Assembly: GCA_024679065.1 (NCBI GenBank)
Contig: JAGIQG010000004.1
Span: 54,436,001-54,500,000, forward strand
Length of the DNA: 64,000 bases
Source of the DNA: Sphyrna mokarran
Taxonomy: Eukaryota
Direction of reading: 5' to 3'
The translations under genes were made by a program, and so were the position numbers. The notes under the pieces were generated by a model. That model did no database searches. It saw nothing but the letters and a program-made list of their open reading frames with translations, and was not told the origin of the DNA. Of the stretch, positions 13,418 to 26,900 are shown in pieces; the stretch's first letter is position 1, and the number at the start of each line of letters is the position of its first letter.

Positions 13418-13850
13418 CTAAAAGAGAAAGAAGACATGAACAACTGAATCAGTGCATAAACGAAACCAGTATCATGCTTTTGACGCTAAACAAATTTATA
13501 TAAAGGAACCTGTGCGCTGAGGTTGTTGAGCAGCATCAACCACAGTATACTGTGCATTACCTTCTCATTACCAGCAGTGACCCGCGGCCCACAAGGTCGA
13601 CTCAAGTCTTTGTACAATGGCGGGAAGGATGTGATAGGAAATCGATAACACTTCGACAATTTCAAGTTTTCAAAATCTGCTTTACGTTGCCCTTTTCAAG
13701 TCTCAATCACATAACACTCGTGTGATATCAACTTCATTCTTTAATGATTTTGCAAATGCTCTTTATTTCTCTGTAATAAATCTATGTATTTTAACAACAT
13801 CACCGCGCACGGGAAAATAAAAATAAGCAGCGAAATGTTAAAGGTACTCA

Positions 13851-13927
13851 TCAGCTTGATGCTTTTAATTTGATCCTCGTCAAAATAATTACGAACAGTA
13901 AAATAGCCAATGCGCCGCCTGCACTAT
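13851..13927 (-). pseudogene. Paralog B TM exon (DSAGGALAILLFVIILTRIKLKASS*)
   Basis: Homologous to 34568..34666. The 5' part is deleted, leaving an in-frame phase-1 acceptor ttcctgtAG. The donor reads G|ATGAGTA (GT->AT), so translation runs into TGA. Confidence 0.8.
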
Positions 13928-13994
13928 CTACAGGAACAAATGATTGAAATAAGAAACTGCGCAACTTATACACAGTCATAAATAGGATGTAGAA

Positions 13995-16135
13995 AAATGC
14001 AAGGTAAGTCCATTCAAAATTCTGACAGCAGCAGGGAAGAAGCTGTTCTTGAATCATATGGTACATGACTTCAGACTTGTGCATCTTTTTTTCTGACGGA
14101 AGAGGGAGTATCTGTGGTGCATAGGGTCCTTGATTATGCTGGCTGCTTTGCCCAGGCACTGGGAAGTGGAGACAGAGCCAATGGATGAGAAGCTGGTTTG
14201 TGTGATGGACTGGGCTGCATTCACAACCTTCTGTAGTCTCTTGCCATACCAAGCTGTGATACAACCAGAATGCATCTGTAAAAGTTGGTACGAGTCGTAG
14301 CTGACATGCTAAATTTCCTTAGTCTTCTGAGAAAATAGAGACTTTGGACTTTCATAACTATGGTGTCAGTGTGGGGGTACCAGGACAGGTTGGTGACCTG
14401 GACACCTAAACGTTCTACTTCATCCCTGTTGATGTTAATGGGCATGTTCTTTACGCTTCCTGAAGTCAATAACAATCTCCTTCGTTTTGTTGGCATTTAG
14501 GGAGAGAATATTGTTGCCAAACAAGTTCACCAGATTCTTTATCTCACTCTTTACGTTGTCTCACTATTGTTTGAGATCTGATCCAGTACGGTGATCATCA
14601 GCAAACTTGAAAATCGAATTAAAGGGGAATTTGGCCACACTGTCAAAGGGATAGGATCACCAGTTAGGATAATCATGAAGCAGATGGTACATAAAACATA
14701 GTACAGTACAGGCCCTTCAGCCTTCGATTTGTTGTGTTTAGCTTTGTCCGAAACCAAGATCAAACTAAACCACTCCCTATCATTCTGGTGTGCTCCATTT
14801 GCCTATTCAATAACTGTTTGAAAGTTCCTAAAGTATCTAACTCCACTATCACACCATTCCACACTCCAACCACTGAGTAAAGAACCTACCTCGGATATCC
14901 CTCCTACCTCCCACCCGATGAAATAGTCTCTGAACGTCCACTCTACCTATCCCCCTCATCTTATAAACTTATTAAGTCACTTCTCATCCTCCTCCACTCT
15001 AAAGAGAAAAGCCCCAGCTCTCTCAACCTTTCCTCATAAGACCTACTCTCCAAATCAGGTAGCATCCTGGAAAATCTCTGCACTCTCTCCAATGCGTCCA
15101 CATCCTTCTTATAATGAGGTGACCAGAACTGTACACAATATTCCAAATGTAATCTCACCAATGCCTTCTTTAGCTGCAGCATAACCCTATGGCTCTTAAA
15201 CTCAAACCCCCTGTTAATAAACGCTAACACACTACACGCCTTCCTCACAATTCTATCCACTTGAGTGGCAACCTTCTGAGATCTGTAGATATGAACCCCA
15301 AGATCTCCCTGTTTGTCCACATTCTTCAGAACCCTGCTGTTGACTATGTAATCCACATTCAAGTTTGTCCTATAAAATGAATCACTTCGCATTTATCAGG
15401 GTTAAATTCCATCTGCCACTTTTCGGTCCAGTTCTGCATCCTACCAATGTCTGTTTGCAGCCTAGAAGAGCCCTCCACCTCATCCAGTACTCTTGGTATC
15501 ATCAACAGATTTACTGACCCCTCTTCCAAGTCGTTGATAAAATTCACAAAAGCAGAGGACCCAGCTCTGATCGCTGTGGTACGCTGCTGGTAACTGGCAT
15601 CCAGTTTGAAAATTTTCCATCCACCATTACCCTGTGATCTTCTGTGAGATAGCCAGTTACTTATCCAATTGACCAAATTTCTTCCTATACCGCACCTCCT
15701 TATTTTCTTCATGAGCTTACCAAAGCGAACCTTACCAAACGGCTTACTAAAATCCATGTGTACGACATCAACTGCTCTACCTTCGTTTGCACACTTAGTT
15801 ACCACCTCAAAGAACTTTGTGTTGCCTGTCGTTAATAATTGTGGTCTGTGAGTTAGGAAATTCAGGCTCCAGTCACTGACAGAGATGCTGAGGCCCAGGC
15901 CAGAGTTTGGAGATAAGTTTCATGGGAACAATGGTGTTGAAGGCTGAGCTGTAGCCAATAAATAGGAGTCTGGCATAGATATCCTTTTTGTTTAGGTGTC
16001 CAAGGTTGAGTGCAGCGCCAGGAAAATGGTGTCTGCTGTGGACCTGTTCTGGTGGTAGGCAAACTATCGTGGATTCATGTAGTCCGAGAGGCTAGAATTG
16101 ATTTGTGCCATGACTAGTCTTTCAAAGAACTTCAT
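13995..16135 (-). mobile_element. Rex1/Babar-type LINE fragment, split by the CR1 at 14690-15815
   Basis: LYFLRRLRKF, TNFYRC, SGCITAWYG motifs. Confidence 0.75.
14690..15815 (-). mobile_element. CR1 LINE 3' fragment nested in a Rex/Babar LINE
   Basis: VHMDFSKPF, WQMEFNPDKC, LHLEYCVQFW; tail at ~14690. Confidence 0.88.
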
Positions 16136-16139
16136 ATTA

Positions 16140-16950
16140 GATGCATAGAGCCAAAATCAAGATTAAAGCCAGAAATTTCAGCACTTGTGTGATTTTGTAG
16201 AAGATAGAGGAAGGAGAAATGTTAGCTTTCTGAAAGAGCCATAGAGATCCAAAAAGGTGTATTCATGTGTTTTTTTCATTATAGAAAGATGCTTTTAAGA
16301 TGGAATGTGAAGAATTGATGAGCATGCTAGAATCTCTTGAACTTAGCCTCAAAGATCTTGGTGATAAATCTTTAATGCGAACAAGCTGCAGCCATAACAG
16401 TGGAGAATAATTCAGGTGATTTTTGCAAAGATTAAAGAGGAGTCAGGCAAAAATGTTTTCTCCCACTTTTTTCAGTTGGTTTATATAGTGAAAATATTCT
16501 TGAATTGCTGAAATTGGTTGGCAGTCACAACTTTAATATACACCAATGATCCTGTTCTTATTGCTGACTCTGAAAAGAAACTGAAAGATTTTGGATTGAG
16601 TTCAGTGAAAGTGAGAAGGGCTGAGCATAAATTGTAAAAATATTTTGCAGTGCCCAGAAAAAAAATCAGTGCAAGCAAGAAATAAGACAAAGGATGCAGT
16701 GGTTGGAGACGCATTTCAAAGCTCCAAATTAGCCATGAAAACAAAGCTGAGAATCGTGGAATACTATGACATAATTGTCATAAGGAGTGCATGTTGGACA
16801 TTGAGAAGTGCTAGTTTAAATGAGACCAAAAGAACTCTGCTGCCAAAATGAGGAAGAGACTGTTCGAATATTCTGGGCACGTAAGAAAAACGTGATTGAG
16901 AAGCTTTGCAATGGAGAATGCAGATGATAAAAGTGAGATAAACAAAACTA
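16140..16950 (+). mobile_element. Degenerate RTE-clade LINE RT fragment
   Basis: ERAIEIQKGVFMCF... and YTNDPVLIADSEKKL (decayed YADD motif context typical of RTE). Confidence 0.6.
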
Positions 16951-17489
16951 TATATTTAAAATATAGATTCAAATCAGACGAATGAAGATGATCTACACTC
17001 CTTGAGCCAAATAAATGTAGATGTCTGTGGTGGTTAATATCTTCTTAAAGCATTGTACTCGAAAACAGATTTTTAAGTTTGTTTATTAGTGTCACAATAA
17101 CAGTGAAATTACTGTGAAAATCCCCTAGTTGTCACAAACTGGTTCCTGCCCGTTGATGAAGCATTCTACATTCCTTTCAGATCATTCTCCCATCCCGCTT
17201 CATCTCATCTGCAAATTTGGAGATGTTGTATTTGCCTCTAACTAAATTCATTAATATCCATTGTGAATATTTGGGGTCCTAACACTGATCTGTGTGGTAC
17301 AGTTGTACTGTAACATAACACTGAGGAAGAACTTCACATGGCCAACAAACATAACAAGTTTTTTGGACTATGGGAGGAAAGTGGAACTGCTGGAGGAAAT
17401 CTGTGCAGACTCTGCACAGATAGTGACCCAACCCAAGTCCCAGCTGCTGTGATTCAGCCATACTAAGCACTGCCACCATGTATTACGAG

Positions 17490-18655
17490 AGAGAGTCTGA
17501 TGTCAATAGAGGGGAACAATTCGGGTCCGATTGTCCAGGTTATGATAACAATACTTGGAAAACAGTGGCAGAATTAGACAGTGTGGAGTTATGAGGGAAA
17601 GGATGCTTTACAAATCAATTGGAATTATATGAGCATGTAACTAGTAGAGTTGACGATGGGGAGCCAGTGGATATGGTTTATTTCCATTTTCAGAACGCTT
17701 ATGATAGTTAAATACATGGGATTGTAGTTAAGTGTATTGAGATGGATAGGAAATTCATTGGCAGACAATAGAAATAGATGTCTTTCTAACTAGCGGGCAG
17801 TAACTCGTGTGGTGCCACAGGGATCAGTGCGAGCATCTAACTAGTCACAATTATAATTAATGAATTTAGATGGAGCCAAATACAATATCTCCACATTTAC
17901 AGATGAGGCGAAGCTGGATGGAGGATGAGCTGAGGGATGTAGGATGCTTCATCATTATTATCTGGATAAACTGAATGAGGTGGGCAAATGTATGGTAGAT
18001 GCAGTATAATGTGAATAAATGTGAGGTTATCCCCTTTGGTAGCAAAAACGGGAAAGCAGGTTATTATCTGGCTGTAAATTGAGAGGGAGGATTGTGCAAT
18101 GGGATCTTGGTGCTCTCCTAGCACCATCACTGAAAGAAAGGAAATGGTATGCTGGCCTTAGTGACAGGATTTGAGGAGAGGAGCTGGAATGTCTTGCTGC
18201 GATAATACAGGGTCTTGGTGAGGCCACATTTGGAGTATTGTGTGCAATTTTTGTCTCCTAGTCTGAGGAAGGACTTTCTTGCTGTACAGGGAACGCGGCA
18301 GAGGTTTACCAGGCTGATTCCTGGGATGGTGGGACAGATGTCTGAGGAGCAGTTGATCTGGGTAGGATTATATTTGCTGGGATCAGAAGAATGAGGGGGA
18401 AATCTCATAAATCTATAAAATTCTTGCAGAACCCGATAGTGGGGGGAGTCCAGAACCAGGGATCATAGTCCAAAGATATGGAGCAAATCTTTTTTAAGAT
18501 TGAAATGAGGAGTAATTTCTTCATGCAGAGAGGCAGGCCTGTGGCATTTAGTATCAGAAAGCAATTGAGGCCAAAGCATTTTGTTCTCAAGAAATTAGAC
18601 TAATACTTGGGCAAAGAGACATCAAAGAGTATGGGGAAAGATGGGATTGAGTTGG
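17490..18655 (+). mobile_element. Old CR1 RT/3' fragment
   Basis: Decayed GVPQGSV, RPHLEYCVQF, RFTRLIPG. Confidence 0.8.
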
Positions 18656-18983
18656 ATGATACGGCACACTGGTCAGCACTGCTGCCTCAGTGCCAGGGAC
18701 AGATTTTGATTCTGGCCTTGGGTTCTATCTGTGGAGTTTGCACAATCTCCCCATGTCTGTGGGTTTCCTTAAGTGCTCTAACAGGGATGGATTAGCCATG
18801 GTAAAGACACAGTTATGAGAACAAGGCCTGAATAAGATGCTCTTTTGATGAGTTGATGCAAACTCAAATGACCTCCTGTGCTGTAAGTGTTCTATGATCT
18901 GCCCATGATACTGAGTGGTATGTTCTGAACTTGCTGTTTTCCTGCCAAGTTTAGGCTATTCTGTTTACTAGCTAAACAACTAG

Positions 18984-19183
<200 letters not shown>

Positions 19184-20588
19184 GTTATAAAAAAATATAA
19201 TTCTTGCACAGTACGTCATTCAACTCTATGGATAGCTTAAAGCATAGAGGAGAAGGCTCAGGAGGGGATCAGCTCTAATTTGTTCTATTATTTTTACATT
19301 GGCTTTTTTATGGCAGTTGCCTTACCTGCAGACAATAAATGTACTAATTTTGAATCTGACCTATACTGATGTATTTCAATCCTTGCATATTAAAAGTAAG
19401 ATGCAGAGAGTGGGTCCTACTGGGGATCCACATGGAATATTGTGAAAACATGTTTCATGTTTTTTTGTCAGCGTGATTGCTTACTTACAAGATAATGGTG
19501 TATTTGAGCAAATTAAACCCTTCTTTCTTTGCCCCTAATTACATTAGGGAAATGGGTAGGCCATTTAACCCTGTAAACCTATTTCACTATTCAGTGATGT
19601 CATGGCAGACTTACGACTGAACTCCGAAAACCGGGCATTCTCTCTCATGCGCCATGCTATTTGTTTAAATTTCTATGAAAGGCCGGCTCTGGAAATAGTG
19701 TGAAACTGAAGAGACATTCTGATTCAGAAATCGCCTTTTAGATCATCCAAAACCTTCCTGTAGAAATCCTGCTTTAGCAAATTCTGCCCATTGTGTCTTA
19801 TGTGTGTGGTTAATTGGACCTTCTTGTGAAAATTTTTGCTCTGTAAATTGCTGTAACTGCTAATAGTTAATAGAACGAGGGCATTTCTGAGACTCGCAAA
19901 CAACAAGGTAAAGTGCATCTTATGAGAAATAAGGATTGAGAAATAGGGTGGGTTATGTCCAATCTGAACAGGGTACAAAGAGTAGATTGGTGGGGAAAAA
20001 TCCATTAAAGGGGTACTTGTGTGATCAAAAATTATTAGGTTTAATTTTGTGGTCAGTTAATGAACTGTTAATATAAAAACCTCATGGGAATTTGACCTTT
20101 CAAAAATGAAGTGATGTACTTTGTCCAGCAACTTGTGGCAATTCACAATTTTGCGAAAAGCTCTTCTGTATCAAGTTGGTGGCCAATTTTCACATAAGCC
20201 ATATGTGTCAATCATATTTTTTCTTCCCCCTAAATGTTGTCCCTATCAAAAGTTGGGATGTTTACATGAGCTGAGGGAGAAGACCCTTTTAGTAAAGGGC
20301 ATTGTTCCCCACTATCCTTTGTTCTGTTGACTCATTTTTTGCGAAGAATTTGTTGACACTGTAAAACCATCCCTATTAGCATAGTATAACTGATTCTGGG
20401 GGATTCCCAATGTGGGTTACATCAGCTGCTCTAGTACATACAATTTGGCAGTCAGAAAACTATTGCAACTTTCTTGAAATGATTTAATTAGTGCCCTTAT
20501 AATTAATTGCATTGCTCATATTTAAGAGAAAATTAATTTCTTTACAGTAAATATTTACACTTTTCAATGTATCTCTTTTGAATTCTTG

Positions 20589-20610
20589 GTTTAATTTTAT
20601 TTATAACTGA
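20589..20610 (+). pseudogene. NUDT21: NUDT21 last coding exon (FNFIYN*), followed by presumptive 3' UTR to ~22150
   Basis: G TTT AAT TTT ATT TAT AAC TGA is the NUDT21 C-terminus. The acceptor reads TG instead of AG. Confidence 0.85.
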
Positions 20611-22339
20611 AGTTTATGAATATCTCAGACAATATCATGGTGACCATCTAAGTCCAGTTTCCATGAACATTGACCATGGCTTCTAACAGCCACGGACTTG
20701 ATCAGTTCTTCGAATCCAACCAGTGGCATTTTGTAGCACCTGCCCTGATTTGGCTGGTACTTCTGTTCAACTCTACAATAAATGAAGACAAAGAACTAAA
20801 TGGTGCATTTTTTTAAAGAAGAAGTGTTTCTTTCTGCTAGTGTAATGGTTGCATTATCTACTTTATTAAATGGATAAAATATCTTTTCTGAGGGTTTTAA
20901 TTGTAGAGAGATTTCACCCTGATCCTTTTGACTTTGTAATTGGATGTAACACCCCCAATCTAGTAGGATTGGCAATTCACTAAATGGATTTTGTGGCTTT
21001 GAGTTCTGTGACAGAAAGTGTTTCACTGCTCTTCTTGCTGTCCAACACAAATCTCATACATGTTTAATCTTGTTTATGATCAGATCTGGGACTCATGGGT
21101 TGAGATTTTAACTTTTATCTGTTTTACACAAATTAATGTTTTCTGCTCATTTCATGTGCTTAAATGTCCTGACTGCTGCTGGTTTGAGGGCCTGTCCAAC
21201 TTTCCCCAGTGTTTGCTGAGTATGATTTAAATTGTGTGAAGTATTTTAATCTTCAGAACAAAGCAATGCTCAGAATGATTGGGAACTGCAGTGAGTGCCA
21301 GATTGCAGGCAGTCATAACGCCGTTTGCAGATCTTAAGTTTTCTAAAAAAAACACATTGAGTCTTAAAACTATAAAGCACTAAACTGTTTTGAACTGCAC
21401 TAAAGTATTGAGGTTAGCTTGGGCTGTTCTTTTTTAAAAATGCAATTCTGAATGGTAATGAATGCAGATCTAGGGGTTTTGTGTTTCCAGTTGGTGGTTC
21501 AACAGTTAATTTATTACTAATTTTATATGGGAAAGATGTTGAGTTCTTTCTTACCAAGAAATCTGGAAGTTAGCATATGGGAATTATAGAATCATTATCG
21601 ACTGTAGTAGTTCAAAGCTCACTGTAACCTTGGTGATAAACGAGTTCTTGCCTGTATTATCAACTCTTGAAAATAGTATCTTTCCTGTCTTGAAGCTGTA
21701 TGTCCATAGTGTTGCCCAACTGGCAGAATAGAATGTTAGAACATCACGTTTGGCAGATGTAGGATGCAATTAATAGTGCTGTCAGTAGGATTGCTGTAAT
21801 CCTGTATAATTAAACGGCACTAAAAATGTTGCGGTTTATACAATATTTTGCCTTAAAATTGGCTGGTGCCAGGAGACAACTGTAAAGATAGTAAAATAAG
21901 AATGGGTCCATCATCAGTAGGAGAGATTTCAAAAAATATTACTTTAGTGTACAGCACTTGACTTTATATAGTCCTGCTGGCATTTGAACGTGCTATCACT
22001 GGTTTTGTTGGAGCTTTGACAATCTAAAAGAAATAAACAGTTGGTTTCACTCCATCTCCATCATCTTGGCCTCTGTTTCTTACCAGCTTTACACCCCCCC
22101 CCCCAACACCAAATAAAAATTTAAAACTGATCTCCATTTTCAGCAAAGTAGCTCTGTGGAATTTTATAATCTGTATATACAATCCCTCTATTCTTCGTTA
22201 TGGAACCTGACCAAGGTTTCTGTGTCTTCTGACCCATTGGAATTAGTTGATTTACAATTTTCATGCACAAGATTCACTAATGTTTTTAGCCAGCTGGCAC
22301 ATTTTATGTCACTACAATGAAAACTGCATTGGTTAACAG

Positions 22340-22577
22340 TCTGTGCCAGGGGCCTACGTGTGATTCCTGGCATGGGTCACTGTGTGGAGTTTGCACATTC
22401 TGACAATATCTATATGGGTTTCTTCCAGATGCTCCGGTTTTCTTTCACACTCCAAAATGTGCTGGTTAGGTTGAACATACTAAATTGCCTCGTAGCGTCG
22501 GTGGTTAGTAGGGTTATGGGTTAGGTCCTGTGTGGGATTGTGATTGGCCGTTTCCTGCACTATAGGAATTCTATGAC
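22340..22577 (+). mobile_element. V-SINE
   Basis: gtgtggagtttgcacatt, gctccggttt, tail ttctatga. Confidence 0.75.
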
Positions 22578-23760
22578 AGCATGGTTGGTGTCTGTTTGCT
22601 AAATTGTCTCCTTGATCCTGTTGGATCTTCGGGGTTGACTAACTGAACTGTACTTCTCTGGGAGCAGCACAAAAATGAAGCAACTTTTTAGTGGTTGATG
22701 TATTTAAAGTATTCTGACTAGTCTAGTTATGTTTTCTCCTTTTTAAAAGTAGGATTATGTTGTTGCAGGCAATCAGCTTATCTGTCCTTCTCTTGAAACT
22801 GGATAACTTATTCTTGAGTTCTATTAAACAGTCTGAATTTTGTGGAATGGTGGTGCATTGAATTTCTCATTATCCTATGCCACATAGTTGTTGATTACAA
22901 CACGTTTACTGTTGCCTCAGACAGAACAAATTTTAAAAAGAAAACTATTAAACACAAATATTTGTTTTTTTTAAGTTGAATTAATTGACAACTAACGCTC
23001 CACAATGAATCTTCAAATCTAATCTCAAACCATGGAAATTAAATGTTAAGAACTATCATAAACTGACGTTACAAAATCTGTATGACTTGGTTGATACCAT
23101 TTCAAACTTCAGTAAAATTATAACATTCTACCCAAAGAGATAAAATATTCACAAAGCCCTCTTGGTATGGAAAAGCACCTGATATTAGACTTGTTGCATT
23201 GGATAAGTGACCAATTCTCCTGTTTTACTACCTTGGCTTTGTGGATGCTCACCATTATTTTGTAGTTAATTGCAATAAATGAAACTGTATGGTTAATGAA
23301 CAAATATCAGAAGGCCTTGGGTCACAGTGGGTACCTGCTTCTGAGGCAGAAGCTCTGGGTTCAAGTCTGACTTCAGGAGTTGCTTGTCAAGAAAGGCTGG
23401 TCAAGGAATGTTGCTAAATAAGTTGAGTAACTTGTGAATCCTTAATGTACACCAAAGGTAGACAGTAAGAACAGGATAAATTTTCATCACATGGTCAGCC
23501 ATCCAATGGAAATTAATTGAAGCCTCTACCATCACTTCTCACTCACTCAGGGTACAACATAATGGTGCATTATTAGAGCAACAGACTCCTTGGAGGGTTA
23601 AATACCTGGTGTCTATTAGACTGGTACCAATATCTGCGGTAACCCCCAGACCTGATACCTTGTTATGAGTTCAGAGTGCTATAGGTTAGATCCTTCAGAC
23701 AAAGTTGAGGAATCAAATACTTGGACCTACATCTATAAAAAGCTCAATTTTGGATTGTTT

Positions 23761-23904
23761 TTAGATTTTCAACTTCTCTCTCTCTGTCACGTTTACTTCT
23801 GCATACTCGACATGTTTGTCTTGCTGTTTAGATTTTGACGTTTTCTTGATGTCAGCGAGCTGCAGAGTGGCGTAAGTCAGCTTGTTATCTCCGCGTTGTT
23901 TAGT
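23761..23904 (-). CDS. Gene A terminal exon with two ITIMs (TKQRGDNKLTYATLQLADIKKTSKSKQQDKHVEYAEVNVTEREKLKI*)
   Basis: Acceptor gttttcacAG, phase 0, TAA at 23761-23763. LTYATL and VEYAEV match the (I/L/V/S)xYxx(L/V) consensus and resemble the SIRP-alpha LTYADL...EYASV tail. Confidence 0.85.
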   Translation of the reverse strand, partial: TKQRGDNKLTYATLQLADIKKTSKSKQQDKHVEYAEVNVTEREKLKI

Positions 23905-26900
23905 CTGTGAAAACAATGTTTGATACCTGTTAACTCATCAGCTCATTACTTGAGGCAACTCGGTTTTTAAAAAGGCTGTCATGAAGTTTTCTCTCATTTC
24001 AAGTCACAATAAATAAAAACACGGCCCATCAAGTTTAAAGAATTCTCTTTGGAGCAATTTAGTCCCCTTTTCTCTTATGCTAAAGAAAAGTGGCCATCCA
24101 ATTTCCTTTTGAAATTATTGGTCTCTGTTTCCCTCTATCCCTGGCAGCCCACAAACCTATCTCCAAACTGTTCGTAACCCCACCCCCTTCCCCACGTCCA
24201 ATGAAGGTGTATCAATTAATGATCTGAGCTGTATCTGGAAATATACAAGGATCTTCTCTATCTGTATGGATTTGCATTTTTCATGATGCTGGTTTTGACA
24301 GGGGCGTTGTTACGTGAGTTTCTTATTTTGTGGTTTAGAACAATCATCACAGCCAGCCCCCAAAAGGAAACGGAGTCCAGTGCTCTTTTTATATTGCCTC
24401 TGATTACTTTTTCCAATTAAATCAGGTGGCGAAATGCTGGTGCTTTATTGGACGGAATAAAATGAGTCCTAAAGCCAAACCATCTTGTGCAGTTTCAGTA
24501 ATGATTGTGACAATAAGAGTGTTAATCCTGAATGAAAATAGTTTGGATATTAATTGCCCCTAGTCTCTCTGTCCTACCTGGGAATAGACAGTGTGCTCTC
24601 TCTCATGTCTCCGTTTGGAGAATCCATTGTCATGTTTCAAACTTAGACTGGCATAGGCAACAGTTTCCTTATTTGGTCCTTGTTGAACCTGCAGAGAGGA
24701 AAAGAAATGGCATATTAGCAGAGAGCTATCCATCATTTGGAACTGAGCTTGAGAATGAAAATATGTAGATGGCAATTGATAACATTAGGGTACCATTACA
24801 CACTAGCCACTGCTTTTTCCAATATTTCACAAATTATTTACCCGTATTTACAATTGAGGTGATCTCGAACATCACTAATAACTATCCTATGAATAGTACA
24901 AACAAATCATTTCCTCCCCCTTTTTCAACTATCTCATTTTACTTAATTTGACATGTATTTCTGCACATTCCATCCCTCGGTAGAAATCTCCAATTCCACT
25001 GCCTAACCCAGAGGATTAGTGTGCAGAACAATTCAGGCACCTGCAGCCAATCTGAATCAGCTAAGACAGCAGAAGCGGAGGTAAAAGCACATATCAATGT
25101 AAGGAATAGGAGTATTTGACCTCTTGGCACGCTCCACCATTCAATAGGTTAATGGCTGATTTGATCGGGGTCTCAACTCCACTTTCCTGTTTATTCTCTA
25201 AGAAGGAATTCCTCATCTTTTTACAAAGAGAGATGTGGTTGAGTGGCATTTGCTGTTTCATTCCATCTAAATAGTTTGAATGACATTCTACTGTTCAATA
25301 CTACATAGAAAATAGGAGAAGCCCTATCTTCTATATAGTATTGGCCCTTGGAGCCTGCTACCCTATTCATCACAATCATAGCTGATCGTCCAGCTCAATA
25401 GCCTAATCATGCTTTCTCCTCCTAAACCTTTAATCTCATTGACCCCAAGTGCTTTATCTTGCCGACTCTTGAATACATTGTGTTTTGGCATCAACTGATT
25501 TATGTGGTAATGAATTCCACAGGCTCACCACTTTGGGTGAAGAAATGTCTCCTCTTCTCTCTCCTAAATGGTCTATCTTCAATCCTCAGACTGTAACCCC
25601 TGATTCTGGATTCCCGCACACCGCCCCCCCGCCCCCGTCCCCGCACCATTAGGAACATCCTCACTGCGTCTATACTGTCTAATCCTGCTAGAATTTTATA
25701 AGTATCTAAGATTCCCCCCATTCATCTGAACTCCACTGAAAATAATCTTAACCTGGTTATTCTCTCCTCATACATTAGTCCTTATGTGACACGACTGAAG
25801 ACAGCAATTAATCACCTGAGCCCTAGCACATCAGTGCGGCACTTTCTCAGAATAGTGTCCTAGGTTCAATCACCTTCAGCTGCTTCATAAATGACTCATT
25901 CAATCAAATGTGGGTTTGACTGCGCAATGTTCAGCACTATTTGCAAATCCTAACATAATGAAGCAGCCCATGCACAAATGCAGCAGGACCCAGACAGCAT
26001 CCAGGTTTTGGTAAACAAATGACAAGTAATATTCATGACAGACAAATGCCAGTTAATGGCCATTTCGAATAAGAGATGGTCCATTGCCCCTTGATATTTA
26101 ATGAAATTACCATCACTGAATCCCAAACTATCAATATCCATTGACTGGAAACTGAACTGGATTAGCCATAAAAGTGCTGTCACTACTAGAGCACGATAAA
26201 AGTTAAGAATCCTGTGGCAAATAATTCATTTCTTGACTCTCCGAATCCTGTCCACCATCTACAAGGCAAAAGTCAGGAGTGTGATGGAATACTTTCCATT
26301 TGCCTGGATAAATGCAGTTCCAAAAACACTCAAAACGTTGGACACCATTCAGGACAAAGCAGCCTAATTAATTTATTGAGAAAAGGTATCAATCTACAAG
26401 ATGCATTGCAGGTGCACACTGAGGTTCCAAAGGCAGAGCTTTCCAAACACACGGCCATTACTGTCCAGAAGGATAAGGTCAGCTGATACCTGCAAACACC
26501 ACCACCTATAAGTTCTCCTCCAAGTCACTTAACATCTTGACTTAGAAATACATGCCAATCCTTCACTGACTTTGGGTGGAAATCCTGTGATTCCCTTGCC
26601 AACAGCACTGTGGGTGCACCTCAGGAACTGCAGCAGTTCAAGAAGGCAGCTTATCACCACTTTCTCAAGGGCAAATAGGGATGGTCAGCAAATGGTAGTT
26701 TTAAAAATGCATTTGTGGGATATGAGTGTCATTGGCTGGCCAGCATTTATTGCCCATCCCTACTTGTCCTTGAGAAGACAGTGCTGAGCCACGTTCTTCA
26801 ATCATTGCAGTCCATGTGCTGTGGGTTGACCCACAATGCCATAATGGAGGAAATTCCAGGGTTTTGACCAACCAACTGTGAAGGAACAGCAGCAATATAT

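Larger units (their letters stand above)
7343..13927 (-). pseudogene. Paralog B: 3' half (TM plus cytoplasmic exons) of a second copy of the receptor; no leader, V or C1 exon found
   Basis: Exons and intron flanks are homologous to gene A, with the 3' flank ~6200-7300 matching ~22600-23750. TM donor mutated and last exon frameshifted. Confidence 0.8.
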
